The notes under the pieces were generated by a model. The model was not told the origin of the DNA and did no database searches. It saw nothing but the letters and a program-made list of their open reading frames with translations. Source: an uncultured Alphaproteobacteria bacterium (GTDB lineage Bacteria > Pseudomonadota > Alphaproteobacteria > Rhizobiales > Aestuariivirgaceae). Taken from it: 64,000 bases of DNA. Below are positions 21,764 to 32,026 of this stretch, one piece after another. The position numbers and the translations under genes are program-made. Location of the stretch: assembly GCA_963776685.1 (NCBI GenBank), contig CAVZNM010000005.1, positions 90,475 through 154,474 on the forward strand. Direction: 5' to 3'. The stretch's first letter is position 1. Every line of letters starts with the position of its first letter.

Positions 21764-23161
21764 ATGACCGAACTGAACGCCGTGCTTGCCGCAGCCGACC
21801 GTGAATTCGACAAGAGCCTCGACAGGCTTTTCGGCTTCCTGCGCATTCCGTCGATCTCGGCCGATCCGGCCTATAAGGCGGACTGCGACAAGGCGGCGAA
21901 TTGGATTGCCGGCGAGCTCAAATCCTTGGGCTTCGAAGCCAGCGTCAGGCCGACACCGGGCCGGCCCATGGTGGTTGCCCATTACACACCGAAATCCGCG
22001 CCATCAACGACCCCGCATATCCTCTTCTATGGACACTACGACGTGCAGCCCGCCGACCCGCTGGATTTGTGGAAGACGCCGCCCTTCGAGCCAACGCGCC
22101 GCACGGATGCCGATGGCGTCGATCGCATCTATGGCCGAGGCACGGCGGACGACAAGGGCCAGCTCATGACAATCGTCGAGGCGGCACGAGCCTGGATCGC
22201 CACGAGCGGCGCGCTTCCCATCAAGGCTACATTCCTGATTGAAGGGGAGGAGGAGTCCGGTTCGCCCTCGCTCATCCCCTTCCTTACCGCGAACAAGGCC
22301 GAACTTTCCTGCGACGCAGCGTTCCTCTGCGACACCAACATGTGGGATGCAAGGACGCCGGCCATCACCACAAGGCTACGCGGCCTCGTGCATGAGGAAA
22401 TCACCGTGACCGGCCCGCGTGTCGATCTCCATTCCGGCATATATGGCGGCCCGGCGATGAATCCGATCCGGGTCCTCGCGAAGGTGATTGCGGCACTGCA
22501 CGACAGGACGGGCAAGGTTACCATCCCTGGATTCTACGAGGGCGTCGCCGAACTGCCGAAAGCAATAAGGAAACAGTGGCAGTCGCTCAAGTTCTCCGAG
22601 AAGAAGTTCTTAGGCGATGTCGGCCTCAAGGCGGCGGCGGGCGAAAAGGGCTACAGCGTTCTCGAGCAGAGGTGGGCGAGGCCCACCGCCGAGGTGAACG
22701 GCATCTGGGGCGGCTATACGGGAGCGGGCACCAAGACGGTGCTCCCCTCCAAGGCCCATGCCAAATTCACCTTCCGGTTGGTCGGCAAGCAAAAGCCGAA
22801 GAAGGTACTGAGGGCATTTCAGAAATTCGTGCGCGAGCGCATCCCGAAGGATTGCAAGGTCGAGTTCTCCGGCCGCGGCGGCGGCAGTCCGGCCACCGAA
22901 ATTCCCGAGAACAATCCGTGGATCGCCAGATCCGCCAACGCGCTCAAGGAGGAATTCCAGCGCACCGCGGTGCTCATGGGCTCCGGCGGTTCGATTCCCA
23001 TCTGCCACTCCTTCAAAGATATTCTCGGCATGGACAGCGTGCTGGTGGGCTTCGGTCTCAACGACGATGCCATCCACTCGCCCAATGAAAAATACAATGT
23101 CGCAAGCTTCCGGCACGGCATCAGAAGCTGGGTGCGAATTATGGGTGCGCTGGCGGAGTAG
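21764..23161 (+). CDS. M20 metallopeptidase/dipeptidase, copy 2
   Basis: YGHYDVQP, RGTADDKGQ, EGEEESGS, GGSIP and IHSPNEK motifs. Confidence 0.92.
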   Translation: MTELNAVLAAADREFDKSLDRLFGFLRIPSISADPAYKADCDKAANWIAGELKSLGFEASVRPTPGRPMVVAHYTPKSAPSTTPHILFYGHYDVQPADPLDLWKTPPFEPTRRTDADGVDRIYGRGTADDKGQLMTIVEAARAWIATSGALPIKATFLIEGEEESGSPSLIPFLTANKAELSCDAAFLCDTNMWDARTPAITTRLRGLVHEEITVTGPRVDLHSGIYGGPAMNPIRVLAKVIAALHDRTGKVTIPGFYEGVAELPKAIRKQWQSLKFSEKKFLGDVGLKAAAGEKGYSVLEQRWARPTAEVNGIWGGYTGAGTKTVLPSKAHAKFTFRLVGKQKPKKVLRAFQKFVRERIPKDCKVEFSGRGGGSPATEIPENNPWIARSANALKEEFQRTAVLMGSGGSIPICHSFKDILGMDSVLVGFGLNDDAIHSPNEKYNVASFRHGIRSWVRIMGALAE

Positions 23162-23165
23162 GGGG

Positions 23166-23525
23166 ATGGCGCGCGATCTGATCGGGCTGGTAAACCGTTA
23201 CCACGCAGCACTCAACGCGCTCGACCTGGCTGCGGTCGAGGCCATGTTCGCCGACGATGCGGAATACCATTCGCCAAGCGTCGGCGGCATTCTCGGCAAG
23301 CACGCCATCATGACGGCCATGCGCGGTTATTTCGCCGAGTACCCGGATCAAGTCACGATTGACGATCACACCAGTTATGCGGGGCCCGATGCCGTCCGCT
23401 CCGAATGGCGGCTCAAGGCAACATCGAAGGCGACGGGCAAGGTGTCGATGCGTGAGGGCGCCGAGACGATCTTCTTCGATCACCAGGGCCTCATCCGCCG
23501 AATAGAGGTTAAAGACCGGTGCTGA
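23166..23525 (+). CDS. NTF2/SnoaL-like protein
   Basis: YHAALNALDLAAVEAMFADDAEY...GKHAI pattern. 119 aa. Confidence 0.75.
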   Translation: MARDLIGLVNRYHAALNALDLAAVEAMFADDAEYHSPSVGGILGKHAIMTAMRGYFAEYPDQVTIDDHTSYAGPDAVRSEWRLKATSKATGKVSMREGAETIFFDHQGLIRRIEVKDRC

Positions 23526-23944
23526 AGCAGGTGCTGATCGGCTCTTTCGTGATCGCGCTGACGGTGGCGATCCAGGCGGAGATGTTCAATCTGCTGTCAT
23601 CGCGCTTCGAGTTGCTTGTGCAGACGGCGCGCCGGCTGCACGCCCGCATCGCCAATACCGGCATGATCATCGTCGCCATGCTTTATGTACTGTGCGTGCA
23701 TACCGTGAATGTCTGGATCTGGGCGGTGGTGTTCCTGTTCGTCGGCGCTTTCCAGTCCATAGAGCCTTCGCTTTATTTCGCGTTGGTCGCCTTCACCACT
23801 GTCGGCTTCGGCGACATTACGCTAGGACCGGAATGGCGGCTGCTGTCAGGTTTCGCAGCGGCCAACGGTTTTCTGAGCTTCGGCTGGTCAACCGCCTATA
23901 TGGTCGAACTGATGCGGAGGACGGCCTTACTCAACCGACCCTGA
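23519..23944 (+). CDS. Small potassium-channel-like protein (Ion_trans_2)
   Basis: Pore motif LYFALVAFTTVGFGDI. Confidence 0.82.
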   Translation: MLKQVLIGSFVIALTVAIQAEMFNLLSSRFELLVQTARRLHARIANTGMIIVAMLYVLCVHTVNVWIWAVVFLFVGAFQSIEPSLYFALVAFTTVGFGDITLGPEWRLLSGFAAANGFLSFGWSTAYMVELMRRTALLNRP

Positions 23945-23995
23945 ATCCGGTGATATGGCTGGCCTGGCCGATTTCCGGCATCGAGCGCCCCATGT

Positions 23996-24709
23996 CTAGC
24001 CCACAGCCTTCATGAAACTCCGGTAAAAGATACTTGCATTGGCGGTGAAATCTTTCATCAGCGGTTCGGCTTCACGAGCCAGAGCGGCAAGCGCCCCGGG
24101 GCCGCGGGTCTCTTCCAGCGCTGCCTCATAGGCGGGAACGCAACCCCAGCTCGGTATCGTGTCCGACTCAAGTTCGACATGATACTGCATCGAATATGCA
24201 TTGCCGCCGATGCGCATGGCCTGCACGGGACAGACATCGGACTCCGCAAGGATCACCGCATCCTCTGGTACCTTCGACACTTGCGCCGAATGCCATTGCA
24301 GGGCCTTGACGCGGTGGGGTAGCGAACCGAAAACCGGATCGGCCTTGCCGATATCCGTCAGTTGCACATCCAATATGCCGACTTCCGGTGGACGTTGCGG
24401 GCCACAGGTGCCACCCAGCGCATCCGCCAGCAATTGATGACCGAGACAAATGCCGAGAAACGGACGTTTCAGTTCTCGCACCCAGTGGCGAATGGCGCGC
24501 TTCTCTGCAACCAGCCAGGGGAATTCGTCCACGTCCCAGACATCCATTGGACCGCCCATGACCCACAGCATGTCATAGCCGGTAAGCGCTGGGATCGTTT
24601 CGCCGGCATCGAGTTCCACGGCATCCCACGTCACGCCATCCTCCTTCAGGAATTTGCGTAAAATGCCGGGATGTTCGCAAGCTATGTGCTGCAAGACGAG
24701 AAGTCTCAT
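23996..24709 (-). CDS. Class I glutamine amidotransferase
   Basis: MGGPM, LGICLGHQ and QYHVE catalytic triad motifs. Confidence 0.88.
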   Translation of the reverse strand: MRLLVLQHIACEHPGILRKFLKEDGVTWDAVELDAGETIPALTGYDMLWVMGGPMDVWDVDEFPWLVAEKRAIRHWVRELKRPFLGICLGHQLLADALGGTCGPQRPPEVGILDVQLTDIGKADPVFGSLPHRVKALQWHSAQVSKVPEDAVILAESDVCPVQAMRIGGNAYSMQYHVELESDTIPSWGCVPAYEAALEETRGPGALAALAREAEPLMKDFTANASIFYRSFMKAVG

Positions 24710-24729
24710 GGTTGCGAACCTAACACGGC

Positions 24730-25377
24730 CTATCCGAATTTAAACCCCGTCGCATGCGCGGGCGGCACGAGGCCAGAGAGAATCCGCGGGTCGTCAATCG
24801 GTGGCAGAACCTGTACGCCCACCGGAATGACTCCGGCCCAGATCGGCAGCGCATAATCCTCCTCATCGTCGCCGGGTGGGCCGTTGCGAATCTTGGCCGA
24901 CGCCTCATTGAGCGACAGGCCGAGCATCGTCGTGGCCTTCAGTTCCTTGGCCGTGACCGGACGCAGAATGTCCCAGCGGCCGGGATAAAGCCGGTTGGTG
25001 AAATTGCGCAGGCGCGCTTCCTTCTCGGCCGGATCGGTGATCTTGTGGGCGCGCCCGAACACCATCACCGACCGGTAGTTGCAGGAGTGGTGGAAGGCCG
25101 CGCGCGCCATCACCATGCCGTCGATGATCGTGACGGTGACGCAGACCTCGGCGTCGTCGCAGGTCTCCAGCATGCGGCTGGCGGATGAGCCGTGCCAATA
25201 GATATGATCGCCCTCGCGCCACTGCAGCGTCGGCGTCACAAAGGGCGTGCCCTTGAACACATAACCCACATGGCAGATGGGCATGGCATCGAGAATGCCA
25301 TGCACGGTCGCTTCATCGTATTTGCCACGCTTATTGAGCCGCTTGACGCGGGTTCGTTCGCTGGGGGCTTCGGTCAT
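24730..25377 (-). CDS. Pyridoxamine 5'-phosphate oxidase-like flavin-nucleotide-binding protein
   Basis: IYWHGS, ARAAFHHSCNYRSV and PIWAGVIP motifs. Confidence 0.85.
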   Translation of the reverse strand: MTEAPSERTRVKRLNKRGKYDEATVHGILDAMPICHVGYVFKGTPFVTPTLQWREGDHIYWHGSSASRMLETCDDAEVCVTVTIIDGMVMARAAFHHSCNYRSVMVFGRAHKITDPAEKEARLRNFTNRLYPGRWDILRPVTAKELKATTMLGLSLNEASAKIRNGPPGDDEEDYALPIWAGVIPVGVQVLPPIDDPRILSGLVPPAHATGFKFG

Positions 25378-25417
25378 GTCCTGTCCTCTCGATTGTGCGA
25401 CCTCCATGCTGTCGATA

Positions 25418-25462
25418 TGGTCTGCTTGAAAGGACCAAGATTGCCGCGCAATGAACAGACCA
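25418..25462. promoter_or_regulatory. Putative MocR-type operator (TGGTC / GACCA / GACCA)
   Basis: TGGTC 25418-22, GACCA 25433-37 and 25458-62 between the divergent genes. This is the inverted-plus-direct arrangement typical of MocR/GabR sites. Confidence 0.45.
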
Positions 25463-26889
25463 CTTTTGGGCACTCCTGCCATCGAAATCGGCATCGACCG
25501 GGCCGACCGCGAGCCCATCCAGTCGCAGATCGCCCGGCAAATCCGGGGGCTTGTGCTGAGCGGCAGGCTGCAAGCCGCAGGCCAAGCTGCCCTCGACGCG
25601 GGGGCTGGCCGACGAGCTCGCCGTGGCCCGCGCCACCGTGGTTGAGGCCTATGAGCAGTTGCTGAGCGAGGGCTATATCGAGACCCGCTCCGGTTCCGGC
25701 ACACGGGTGGCCGCCGAATTGCCGGAGGCGCTTCTCATGCCATCGCCGGCGCGCGTAGCGGATGAGCGGCGCAAGGCCCAGCAGGAGGAAAGGCGTGAGC
25801 CGGCACAGCCGTTCCGTTCCGGTCTCGTCGATTGGGAGCATTTCCCACACGATGAATGGGGCAGGCTTCTCGGCCGCTTCTGGCGCAATCCGCCGATTAC
25901 GCTTGCTCGAGCACAATGACGCCTTCGGCTGGCTGCCGCTGCGCGAAGCGATCGCCCGGCATCTGTTCGAATGGCGCGGCATTTCCTGCGAGCCGCGGCA
26001 GGTGATCATGACGGCGGGCGGCATGGACGCCTTCGATCTCATCAACCGCGCCGTCCTCGCCGACCGGCGACAAGATCTGGATGGAGGAGCCGGGCTATCC
26101 CACGGCGCGGCGGGTCTTTTCGTTGGGCGGAGTCGAGACGGTGGCCGTGCCCGTCGACGACGAGGGACTAATCGTTGCCGAGGGCCGCGAAAAGGCAGGT
26201 GATGCGCGCGCGCCTTCGTGACGCCTGCCCGGCAGTACCCGACCGGCGTCACCATGCCCCTGTCGCGGCGGCTTGAACTGCTCGATTGGGCGGACGAGGC
26301 CGGCGCCATCGTCATCGAGGACGATTACGACAGCGAATACCGCTATGTCGGCCGGCCGTTGCCGGCACTGATGAGTCTCGATAGCCAGGCGCGCGTCATT
26401 TATTCGGGCAGTTTTTCAAAAGTCTTCTCGCCCATCGTGCGCCTCGGCTTCATGGTGGTTCCGGCCGCGATGCTAGAGCGATTTCGCGAGGAGCGGCTTG
26501 CCCACGGCGCGCCGCCCTCGCTCATGGCCCAGCCGGCGCTGGCAGACTTCATGAATTCTGGCGCCTTCGCCATCCATATCCGCCGCATGCGCCGCATCTA
26601 TGCGAGCCGCCGCGCCGCCCTGATCGAGGCGCTGAAGCCGGGCGACGGCAAATTTTTCACCATCGACGCGGCACCCTCCGGCCTCATGCTGCTGCTGCGG
26701 CTCAGGTCCGATTTGAACGACGAGCCGATCGCGGCATGGCTCGCCGCCCGGCACATCGAGGTGCAGTCGCTCTCCAGCCACTATGCCGGCGGCCAGCGCA
26801 AACACGGACTGTTGTTGAGTTTCGCCGGATTCGCCGAGAAGGATCTGCGGCGGGCGGCCCCCGCGCTGATCGAGGGGCTGAAGCCATGA
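25451..26889 (+). CDS. MocR/GabR-family regulator (GntR HTH plus PLP domain; frameshifted)
   Basis: ARATVVEAYEQLLSEGY, TPARQYPTG, IEDDYDSEYRY and SFSK motifs. Confidence 0.88.
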
Positions 26890-28478
26890 TGGAAGCAAAG
26901 CGCTCGGCCTTTGATTGGGTGACGGCACACCGCCAGGACTGGTCGCAATGGAATGCCCATATCTGGGATCTGGCCGAAACCGCGTGGCGTGAATACCGCT
27001 CCTGCGAATGGTTTGTGAAGACGTTGCGCGCCGAAGGCTTCACCGTCGAGCAAGGTTCGGGCGGCATGCCGACGGCCTTCTCCGCCATTTGGTCCAACGG
27101 CAAGGGTCCCGTCATCATGGCCTATGCCGAATACGACGCCGTACCCGGCAATTGCCAGGTGGCCGATACCCATCGCGCGCCGCGCACGGGCTTGTCGCGC
27201 TTTGCCGGAGGCCATACCGATCCTCATTCGGCGCTCGGCATGGGCTCGCTGGTGGGCGCGCTTGCGGCCAAGGCGGCGATGGAAAAGCATGGCATCACCG
27301 GCACCATCCGCTTCATGGGCGAGCCGGCCGAAAAAGTCAGGGGCTCTAAGCCCATTCATGCGGCAAAAGGCTATTACGACGGGCTTGATGCCATCATCTC
27401 CTTTCATCCCCATTACATGATGCCCTATTGCAATACGGCACGCTGGGACACCCATTGCGGGCCCTATTACGCGGCCATCTACGAGTTCCTCTGCGAGCAG
27501 CCCGAGACATGGCTGCATGGTGCCACGCAGGATCAGGCGGGAATGCCGATTGCCGCGGCCCATACGGAGGCCCGTGCGCCGGGCGCCAACGATGCGGTCG
27601 TTGCCATGTACACGCTGTCCAAGATGCTGCGCGATCATATGCTGCCGCACACCGGCACCTGGACGCTCAACGAGACCATCCTGGCGAGCGGCCAGGCCAC
27701 CGCCGACAATCTCGCCGCCCAAATGGCGATGATCATGTTCGCTGCCCGCGCCCCCAATGTGGCAATGCTGCAGAAAATATATGCGGTTCTCGACAAGAAT
27801 GCCGAGGCCGCCGCGGCGATCGCCCACTGCGCGGTGAAACGCCACTGGGTGTCTAAATCGAAGCCGGGTCTGGCAAATCATGCCATGGCGGAGATCACCT
27901 TCGGCAATCTCGAGCTTGCAGGTGCGCCGCGCTACGGCGACGAAGCGGTAAAGGTGGCGCGGGAGTTGCAGCAGGAACTGGGCCTTAAGCCGATGGAGCA
28001 TCCATTCGCGGATGAACTGGGCCGGCTGATCGCGCCGCAGAAGGCGGAGCGCCGGGTTCGCCACGACATTCCCGCCTGGCAGACCCACTACACTTCCGAC
28101 GACTACACCGACATGACCTGGCATGCGCCCACCGTGCGCTTCTATGTCGGCCGCGCCGTGCTGAAGGCGCCGGCGGGCTACGCCTATCCCGAATGGGCGA
28201 TGAATGCCCTGGGCGGCATTCCGGCCTGTATCGATCCCACTGTCGACACCGCCGCAAAGACGATCGCCGCAACCATCCTCGATCTCATGACCGATCGTGT
28301 GGTGCTCGAGCGGGCGCAGGACGAATTCAGGGAGCGCAAAGCGCTATCCGCCGATCCCGGTCCCTGGTGCGATTATGACCCGCCCATCGATTTCCCCTGG
28401 CCGGACTATGTCGAAACGCCCCGTGGCCGCCAATGGTGGATTCCGGCGACCGCGGCGGACCGGTCGCCGGAGCGTTAG
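26886..28478 (+). CDS. M20 amidohydrolase, AbgB-like
   Basis: YAEYDAVPG, GHTDPHSALG, GEPAEK and TSDDYTDMTW motifs. ATGA overlap with the MocR gene. Confidence 0.8.
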   Translation: MMEAKRSAFDWVTAHRQDWSQWNAHIWDLAETAWREYRSCEWFVKTLRAEGFTVEQGSGGMPTAFSAIWSNGKGPVIMAYAEYDAVPGNCQVADTHRAPRTGLSRFAGGHTDPHSALGMGSLVGALAAKAAMEKHGITGTIRFMGEPAEKVRGSKPIHAAKGYYDGLDAIISFHPHYMMPYCNTARWDTHCGPYYAAIYEFLCEQPETWLHGATQDQAGMPIAAAHTEARAPGANDAVVAMYTLSKMLRDHMLPHTGTWTLNETILASGQATADNLAAQMAMIMFAARAPNVAMLQKIYAVLDKNAEAAAAIAHCAVKRHWVSKSKPGLANHAMAEITFGNLELAGAPRYGDEAVKVARELQQELGLKPMEHPFADELGRLIAPQKAERRVRHDIPAWQTHYTSDDYTDMTWHAPTVRFYVGRAVLKAPAGYAYPEWAMNALGGIPACIDPTVDTAAKTIAATILDLMTDRVVLERAQDEFRERKALSADPGPWCDYDPPIDFPWPDYVETPRGRQWWIPATAADRSPER

Positions 28479-29158
28479 GATTCCAGCGGCCGCAGCTCGC
28501 GCAGCAGCTTTTCCTTGATGGCGCGGATGAAATCGTCGAAGCCATGAGCCCGCTCGACGAAGGAATCGGCGCCGATGATGACGCGGTCGCGATAAAAGTC
28601 GTGCAAGGTCTTGTCCTCTGCTTCGATGGCGAGGCCGTTGACGGTGATGCCCGCCGCGCGGGCATGCTCGCGTGCCGCGTCGAGATCGGCTGTACCGTTG
28701 TCCGGACCATCGCCGGAGACATCGATGACCAGCCGCTGGCCTTCGAATCCGTTGCTGGTGATGAGTGCCGCGCTGTCGTCGATGGCGGTGGCGATCGACG
28801 TTGAACTTGCCCGCATCCAGCGCCGGATCAGGCCGATGCGGAAACCGAAGGCCTTGGCGTCGCGGGCGGTTTCCAGATGGGTGAAGGGCACAACGGTCCG
28901 GGTCTCGCCGGGACCACCCCACTGGGTGACGGCAACGGCGACGCCGAACGGCTTCAGCCGATCCACGGCCCCAAGGACATCGGGATCGCGGAAGGCCGCG
29001 GCAAGCCCGCGGAGTTGCAGCTGAAACTCGTCATGATCGACGCTTGCCGAACTGTCGAGCGCCAGGACCAGTTCGATGGCCACGGGCACCTTGTCCTGCG
29101 CCACGGCGGTGAACGCCCACAGCACCATGGCAACCACGACGGCAAGGCGTTTCACCAT
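28475..29158 (-). CDS. DUF1194 (vWA-like) exported protein
   Basis: Signal peptide, LALDSSASVD (DxSxS), VIDVSGDGPDN and TVNGLAI. Confidence 0.82.
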   Translation of the reverse strand: MVKRLAVVVAMVLWAFTAVAQDKVPVAIELVLALDSSASVDHDEFQLQLRGLAAAFRDPDVLGAVDRLKPFGVAVAVTQWGGPGETRTVVPFTHLETARDAKAFGFRIGLIRRWMRASSTSIATAIDDSAALITSNGFEGQRLVIDVSGDGPDNGTADLDAAREHARAAGITVNGLAIEAEDKTLHDFYRDRVIIGADSFVERAHGFDDFIRAIKEKLLRELRPLES

Positions 29159-29847
29159 TTCACCCCGGAGTAAATTTGACTTGGCCTGTGCTGGACGATC
29201 CGCGGGCTCAGCTCGCGCTTGAGCTTGCGGCGGAAAGCTTCGGCGAAGCTCTCGAAATTCTCCGCCCGGATGACGAAGGCGGCCGGTCCGGTGATCACAT
29301 GGGCGGAATAATAGGAGGCAAGCTGCGGATCGTTGTCGGTGATGGCGAGTCCGTTGACGGTGATGCTGTGGGCGAGCGCTTCGAGCCGCGCTTGCGACGG
29401 CTCGGGACCGGAATTGCTGCGGCCGTCGCCCGAGACGTCGATCTTGCGCTCGTCGCCGTGGTAGGCATTGGTCTCCAGCAATTCGACTGCAAAGGATATG
29501 GCGTGGCCGATCGCCGTGAAGTTGCCGAATTCGGCGCGCGGCAGTTGCGCCACTGCATCGGCATAGGCAGCGGCGCCGGAGTCATCGGTCAGCACCCGCC
29601 AGGCAAGCGGCACATCGGCATTGCGGGTGCCGGTCCACTGCGTCATGACGACGGCCACGCCCCGCTTATGACTGGCGATGAGAGCTGCGATTTCGGCATC
29701 GCGGAAGGCACTGGCGATGCCCTGTATCTGCAGCCCGTACTCGATGTCGTTGACACTGAGAGAGACATCGACGGCGAGGACCAGTTCCAAAGATACCCGT
29801 TCCGCCGCATGGGCCGGCATTGCCAGAAACACAAGCGCGACAAGCAT
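29152..29847 (-). CDS. DUF1194 (vWA-like) exported protein
   Basis: LAVDVSLSVN, KIDVSGDGRSN and TVNGLAI. Start approximate. Confidence 0.8.
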   Translation of the reverse strand: MLVALVFLAMPAHAAERVSLELVLAVDVSLSVNDIEYGLQIQGIASAFRDAEIAALIASHKRGVAVVMTQWTGTRNADVPLAWRVLTDDSGAAAYADAVAQLPRAEFGNFTAIGHAISFAVELLETNAYHGDERKIDVSGDGRSNSGPEPSQARLEALAHSITVNGLAITDNDPQLASYYSAHVITGPAAFVIRAENFESFAEAFRRKLKRELSPRIVQHRPSQIYSGVKW

Positions 29848-29911
29848 CCGCGACGCTCTGCCGCGCGCGCCATGACACAATCGCGCCCAATATACGCGCG
29901 ATCCGGCTGTC

Positions 29912-30400
29912 ATGCGCAAACTTGTCCTCGAAGTCTTCGCCGCCACCGCCTTGACCCTCGCCGCCATCCTAGCACTGGCGCCGGGTGTCGGTGCCAGTGA
30001 CATCATGGTGATGGGCGCCTTTGCCCGCGCTTCGGCAGTGTCCACGGCGAGAGCCGGAACCGCCTATCTGACGCTGATGAATCATGGAGCGGAATCGGAC
30101 CGGCTTGTGTCCATTTCCACCGATGCAGCCGACAAGGCCCAGCTTCACCAGACAATCGAGGAAAATGGAATTGCGAAAATGCGTTCGGTCGAAAGCCTCG
30201 ACCTGCCGGCCGGCGCCATGGTGGAGCTCAAGCCCGGCGGCCTGCATGTGATGATGACCGGCCTCAGGGCGCCCCTGGTGGAAGGCGGCAGCGTCACGCT
30301 CCGTCTCACATTCGAGAAGGCTGGCGAAATCGAAGTCAAGTTTCCGGTCGGCGCCGTCGCCGCCGGGCACGATCATGCCGAAGGTTCGTCCGGCGACTGA
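29912..30400 (+). CDS. PCu(A)C periplasmic copper chaperone
   Basis: H-x10-M...LKPGGLHVMM motif and signal peptide. Confidence 0.87.
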   Translation: MRKLVLEVFAATALTLAAILALAPGVGASDIMVMGAFARASAVSTARAGTAYLTLMNHGAESDRLVSISTDAADKAQLHQTIEENGIAKMRSVESLDLPAGAMVELKPGGLHVMMTGLRAPLVEGGSVTLRLTFEKAGEIEVKFPVGAVAAGHDHAEGSSGD

Positions 30401-30897
30401 ACCGCCCCGCGCAACGGCTCCAGCGCTTCCTCTTCCGCTCGCATGCGCCAGTAGAGCAGTCCGAGATTGAGGCCGCCGAAGATCAGCGCATACCACCACA
30501 ATCCGAACGCCATCGGCAGAATGAAGATCTCACCCGCCACCACCAGGTAATTGGGGTGGCGGAAATATTTGTAAGGCCCACTGTCGATGAGTGTTTCGCC
30601 GGGGACGACGATAATACGCGTGGTCCAGCGCCCGCCCAGCGCCGCGATGATCCAGCCCCGCGCCGCCTCCAGCACCAGATAGGCGAAGATCCACGGCCAG
30701 ATCACTTGGTGGCCCCACACCAGATACCAGAGCCCCGCCAGCCAGGCGGCATGAAAGGCGACGATCAGCGGATAATGACCGGTGCCAACCTCCACCCCGC
30801 CGCTGGCCAGCAGGCGTCTGGTATTGCGATGCGCGATTACCAGTTCGATGGCGCGTTGCAGGGTGACGAGTGTGAGAATAGTGAGGTTCAGCCACAT
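30373..30897 (-). CDS. Isoprenylcysteine carboxyl methyltransferase family (BpsB/SrsB-like)
   Basis: LGGRWTTRI, GPYKYFRHPNY and RMRAEEEAL motifs. Confidence 0.87.
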   Translation of the reverse strand: MWLNLTILTLVTLQRAIELVIAHRNTRRLLASGGVEVGTGHYPLIVAFHAAWLAGLWYLVWGHQVIWPWIFAYLVLEAARGWIIAALGGRWTTRIIVVPGETLIDSGPYKYFRHPNYLVVAGEIFILPMAFGLWWYALIFGGLNLGLLYWRMRAEEEALEPLRGAVQSPDEPSA

Positions 30898-30901
30898 GGT
30901 A

Positions 30902-31945
30902 TTATTGTAGCATGGTGAGGAAGCTCGCTGTAAAGCCCGGGCCCAACGCCGATATGAAACGGCGGCCCGTGAAATTCTCCTGCAGCGCCCGTTGCAGCAC
31001 GAACAGTACCGTTGGCGCCGACATATTGCCGAAATCCGCCAACACCGTACGCTCGTGCTGCAGATGGCCCTGGCCGAGTTCGAAGGCCTGCTCGAGCGCG
31101 GCGATCACCTTGGCTCCGCCGGGATGGAATGAGTAGCTGCCGATATCGCCGAGGCTGAGGCGATGCCGAGAGAGGAAGCAATCGGCTGCCGGGCGGAGAT
31201 CGCTTGCGGCGAGTTCCGGAATGCTGCGCGAGAAGATGGCGCCGAATCCTTGGGGGTCCATGCGCCAGCCCATGACGTCGACGGTGCCGGGCCAGGTGTG
31301 CTCACCCGCGAACTCGATCTCGCCATAGCCGTTCTTGCCGCCGGTCGAGATGACACAGGCGCCGGCACCGTCGCCGAACAGCGCGGTCGCTACGATGTTG
31401 GACTTGGTCATCTCGTCGGGGCGGAATGCCAGGGTGCAGAGTTCGACGACCACGATCAGCACATGCGAGCCGGGATCGGCCCCCGCCAGCCGTGCCGCCA
31501 GCGACAGGCCCGAAACGCCACCGGCGCAGCCCAGACCGAACACCGGCACCCGCCTCACATTGTCGCGAAATCCCATGTCATGCATCACCCGAGCTTCGAT
31601 GGAGGGCGTGGCGATGCCGGTCGACGAGACGGTGACGATGGTGTCGATCTGGCCGGGCTCGATTTTCGCTGATGCAAGCGCATCGGCGGCAGCTTGACGG
31701 AAGAGCGCCGAGGCTCCCTCGACGAAGGCATGGGTCCGCTCCGGCCAGCCCTGATCGTTGCGGAACCAAGAATAGGGCTTGACCGAATAACGGCAGTCGA
31801 TCCCGGTATTGGCGAAGACCGGCATCATCCGCTGGAAATCGGAATGCCGCCCGGTGAAGATTGCCGCCGCCTCGCGGATCACGTCTTCGGTGCGCAAGGT
31901 GAATTCCGGCACCGCCGTGGCAAGACTGAGGAGTTTGCTGCGCAA
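30902..31945 (-). CDS. Type III polyketide synthase
   Basis: Cys-His-Asn triad in GLGCAGG, FHPGG and GNMS, plus ALFGDGA and LGPGF. Confidence 0.9.
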   Translation of the reverse strand: MRSKLLSLATAVPEFTLRTEDVIREAAAIFTGRHSDFQRMMPVFANTGIDCRYSVKPYSWFRNDQGWPERTHAFVEGASALFRQAAADALASAKIEPGQIDTIVTVSSTGIATPSIEARVMHDMGFRDNVRRVPVFGLGCAGGVSGLSLAARLAGADPGSHVLIVVVELCTLAFRPDEMTKSNIVATALFGDGAGACVISTGGKNGYGEIEFAGEHTWPGTVDVMGWRMDPQGFGAIFSRSIPELAASDLRPAADCFLSRHRLSLGDIGSYSFHPGGAKVIAALEQAFELGQGHLQHERTVLADFGNMSAPTVLFVLQRALQENFTGRRFISALGPGFTASFLTMLQ

Positions 31946-32026
31946 GTCTCGATCCTTTGTTTCTCATACGCTTGCGAAGCATCGATTAGTCCCTGCATAA
32001 GGGCAATAGTCGGGGCGGGAAGCGCA

